Assembly (NCBI GenBank): GCA_036338555.1 | Contig: JAYZBY010000030.1 | Location: forward strand, 1 to 15,902 | Origin: Acidobacteriota bacterium | GTDB lineage: Bacteria; Acidobacteriota; UBA6911; RPQK01; JADFOI01 | Length of the DNA stretch: 15,902 bases | Direction of reading: 5' to 3' | Shown here: positions 15,221 through 15,902 of the stretch, piece after piece | How positions within the stretch are numbered: the stretch's first letter is position 1 | Layout: each line of letters begins with the position of its first letter | Program-made: the position numbers and the translations under genes | The notes under the pieces: generated by a model | Seen by the model: only the letters and a program-made list of their open reading frames with translations | Databases searched by the model: none | Told to the model about the DNA's origin: nothing

Positions 15221-15902
15221 TATGACGTGCAGATGCAGTGTCCTGGGCTCTCCCTCTCCAGTCAGCTCCACCGCCAGGTTGTGAGCCACCAACTCCGCCT
15301 GTTGATGGGCTACGCCGCCCGATTTGGATACCGGCATGTCGGCACAGTCTCCGATGGCGTGGACGTTGCTCCAGCGGGTTGCCAGGGTGTCATAGTCGAC
15401 GCGGATGCCGTTTCTCGTTTCTGCCAGTCCGCTATCGACCAGTGCACGGGCCGGTTCATGGGGGGGCACCATAAAAAGAAGATCGTAAGGCAGCTCGACT
15501 CCATAGAGACCCTGGACGGTGCGCCGATCGGGGTCGATGGACTGAGCGGTGAATGAGTAATGCTGTTTGACGCCCCGCTTCTTGCTCTGTGCGTCCATCC
15601 ACACGGCGGGGATACGTTCCTCTCCTGCCGGTTCCGGACTGGTGGTAAAAAACTCAATTTCAATCCGGTCCCGAAGCCCCCGTTCTTTGAAGTAACTGTC
15701 AAGCATCCACTGGGCCTCGTAGGGGGCGGGCGGACATCGGTAGGGACCGGATGGAATTCCCACCAGAATGCGTCCCTTTTCAAAGGACCGGAGAGTCTTC
15801 TGTAGACTCACAGCGGCATCCAGTTCCCAGCTGTGTTGGGCCGCTTCGGTGAACCCGGGCAGTAACTCGGGAGCGGTTCGCATGCCGAGAGAAATGATGA
15901 GA
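15218..15902 (-). CDS. Sulfide:quinone oxidoreductase (SQR)-like FAD-dependent disulfide oxidoreductase. This is the conventional ORF up to the in-frame TGA; the N-terminus lies beyond the right window edge.
   Basis: The minus-strand frame is open to the window edge (...LIISLGMRTAPELLPGF...). The SQR hallmark VGIPSGPYRCPPAPYEAQWMLDSYFKERG (first redox Cys) and the third FAD motif VHAIGDCADMPVSKSGGVAHQQAELVAHN are present. The ORF ends ...TLHLHVI at TGA (plus 15218-15220), about 100 residues short of typical SQRs. Confidence 0.8.
   Translation of the reverse strand, partial: LIISLGMRTAPELLPGFTEAAQHSWELDAAVSLQKTLRSFEKGRILVGIPSGPYRCPPAPYEAQWMLDSYFKERGLRDRIEIEFFTTSPEPAGEERIPAVWMDAQSKKRGVKQHYSFTAQSIDPDRRTVQGLYGVELPYDLLFMVPPHEPARALVDSGLAETRNGIRVDYDTLATRWSNVHAIGDCADMPVSKSGGVAHQQAELVAHNLAVELTGEGEPRTLHLHVI

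Noticed and set aside
15026-15556. 176-aa plus-strand ORF that overlaps the SQR region.
   Set aside because: The minus-strand frame has clear SQR family motifs, so the plus-strand ORF is its antisense shadow.
1-15902. tRNA, rRNA, transposase, integrase or prophage content.
   Set aside because: No T-loop/cloverleaf candidates, no rRNA-like conserved stretches, and no ORF with transposase, integrase or phage-like composition were seen on either strand.

Overview
This 15.9-kb window comes from a roughly 57% GC bacterial chromosome; the phylum cannot be assigned from the sequence alone. I found no rRNA, tRNA, CRISPR array or transposase. The core is a same-strand, tightly packed nitrogen-assimilation cluster, amtB-glnK-glnA. 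It runs on without real gaps into a flotillin-like SPFH protein and an Lrp/AsnC regulator that is translationally coupled to it by an ATGA overlap. Three signal-peptide-bearing amidohydrolase-3 (COG1574-like) paralogues bracket this cluster, one of them cut by the left edge. The left arm also carries a DASS/ArsB-NhaD-superfamily anion permease on the minus strand, divergent from a GlcG/HbpS-like and a CoxG-like small protein. The right arm has a small secreted cohesin-like protein and a UbiD-family (prFMN-type) decarboxylase. Convergent to these, on the minus strand, is the C-terminal part of a sulfide:quinone oxidoreductase (SQR)-like flavoprotein. Its apparent stop is an in-frame TGA, which by my alignment from memory sits at the position of the catalytic C-terminal cysteine. 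That TGA is followed at SECIS-like distance by a perfect GC hairpin and by 54 more SQR-like codons, so this is a candidate selenocysteine-containing SQR. Two copies of a modular, hairpin-rich intergenic repeat of about 200 bp follow the coxG-like gene and the third amidohydrolase. A 450-bp AT-rich leader full of short tandem repeats precedes amtB.
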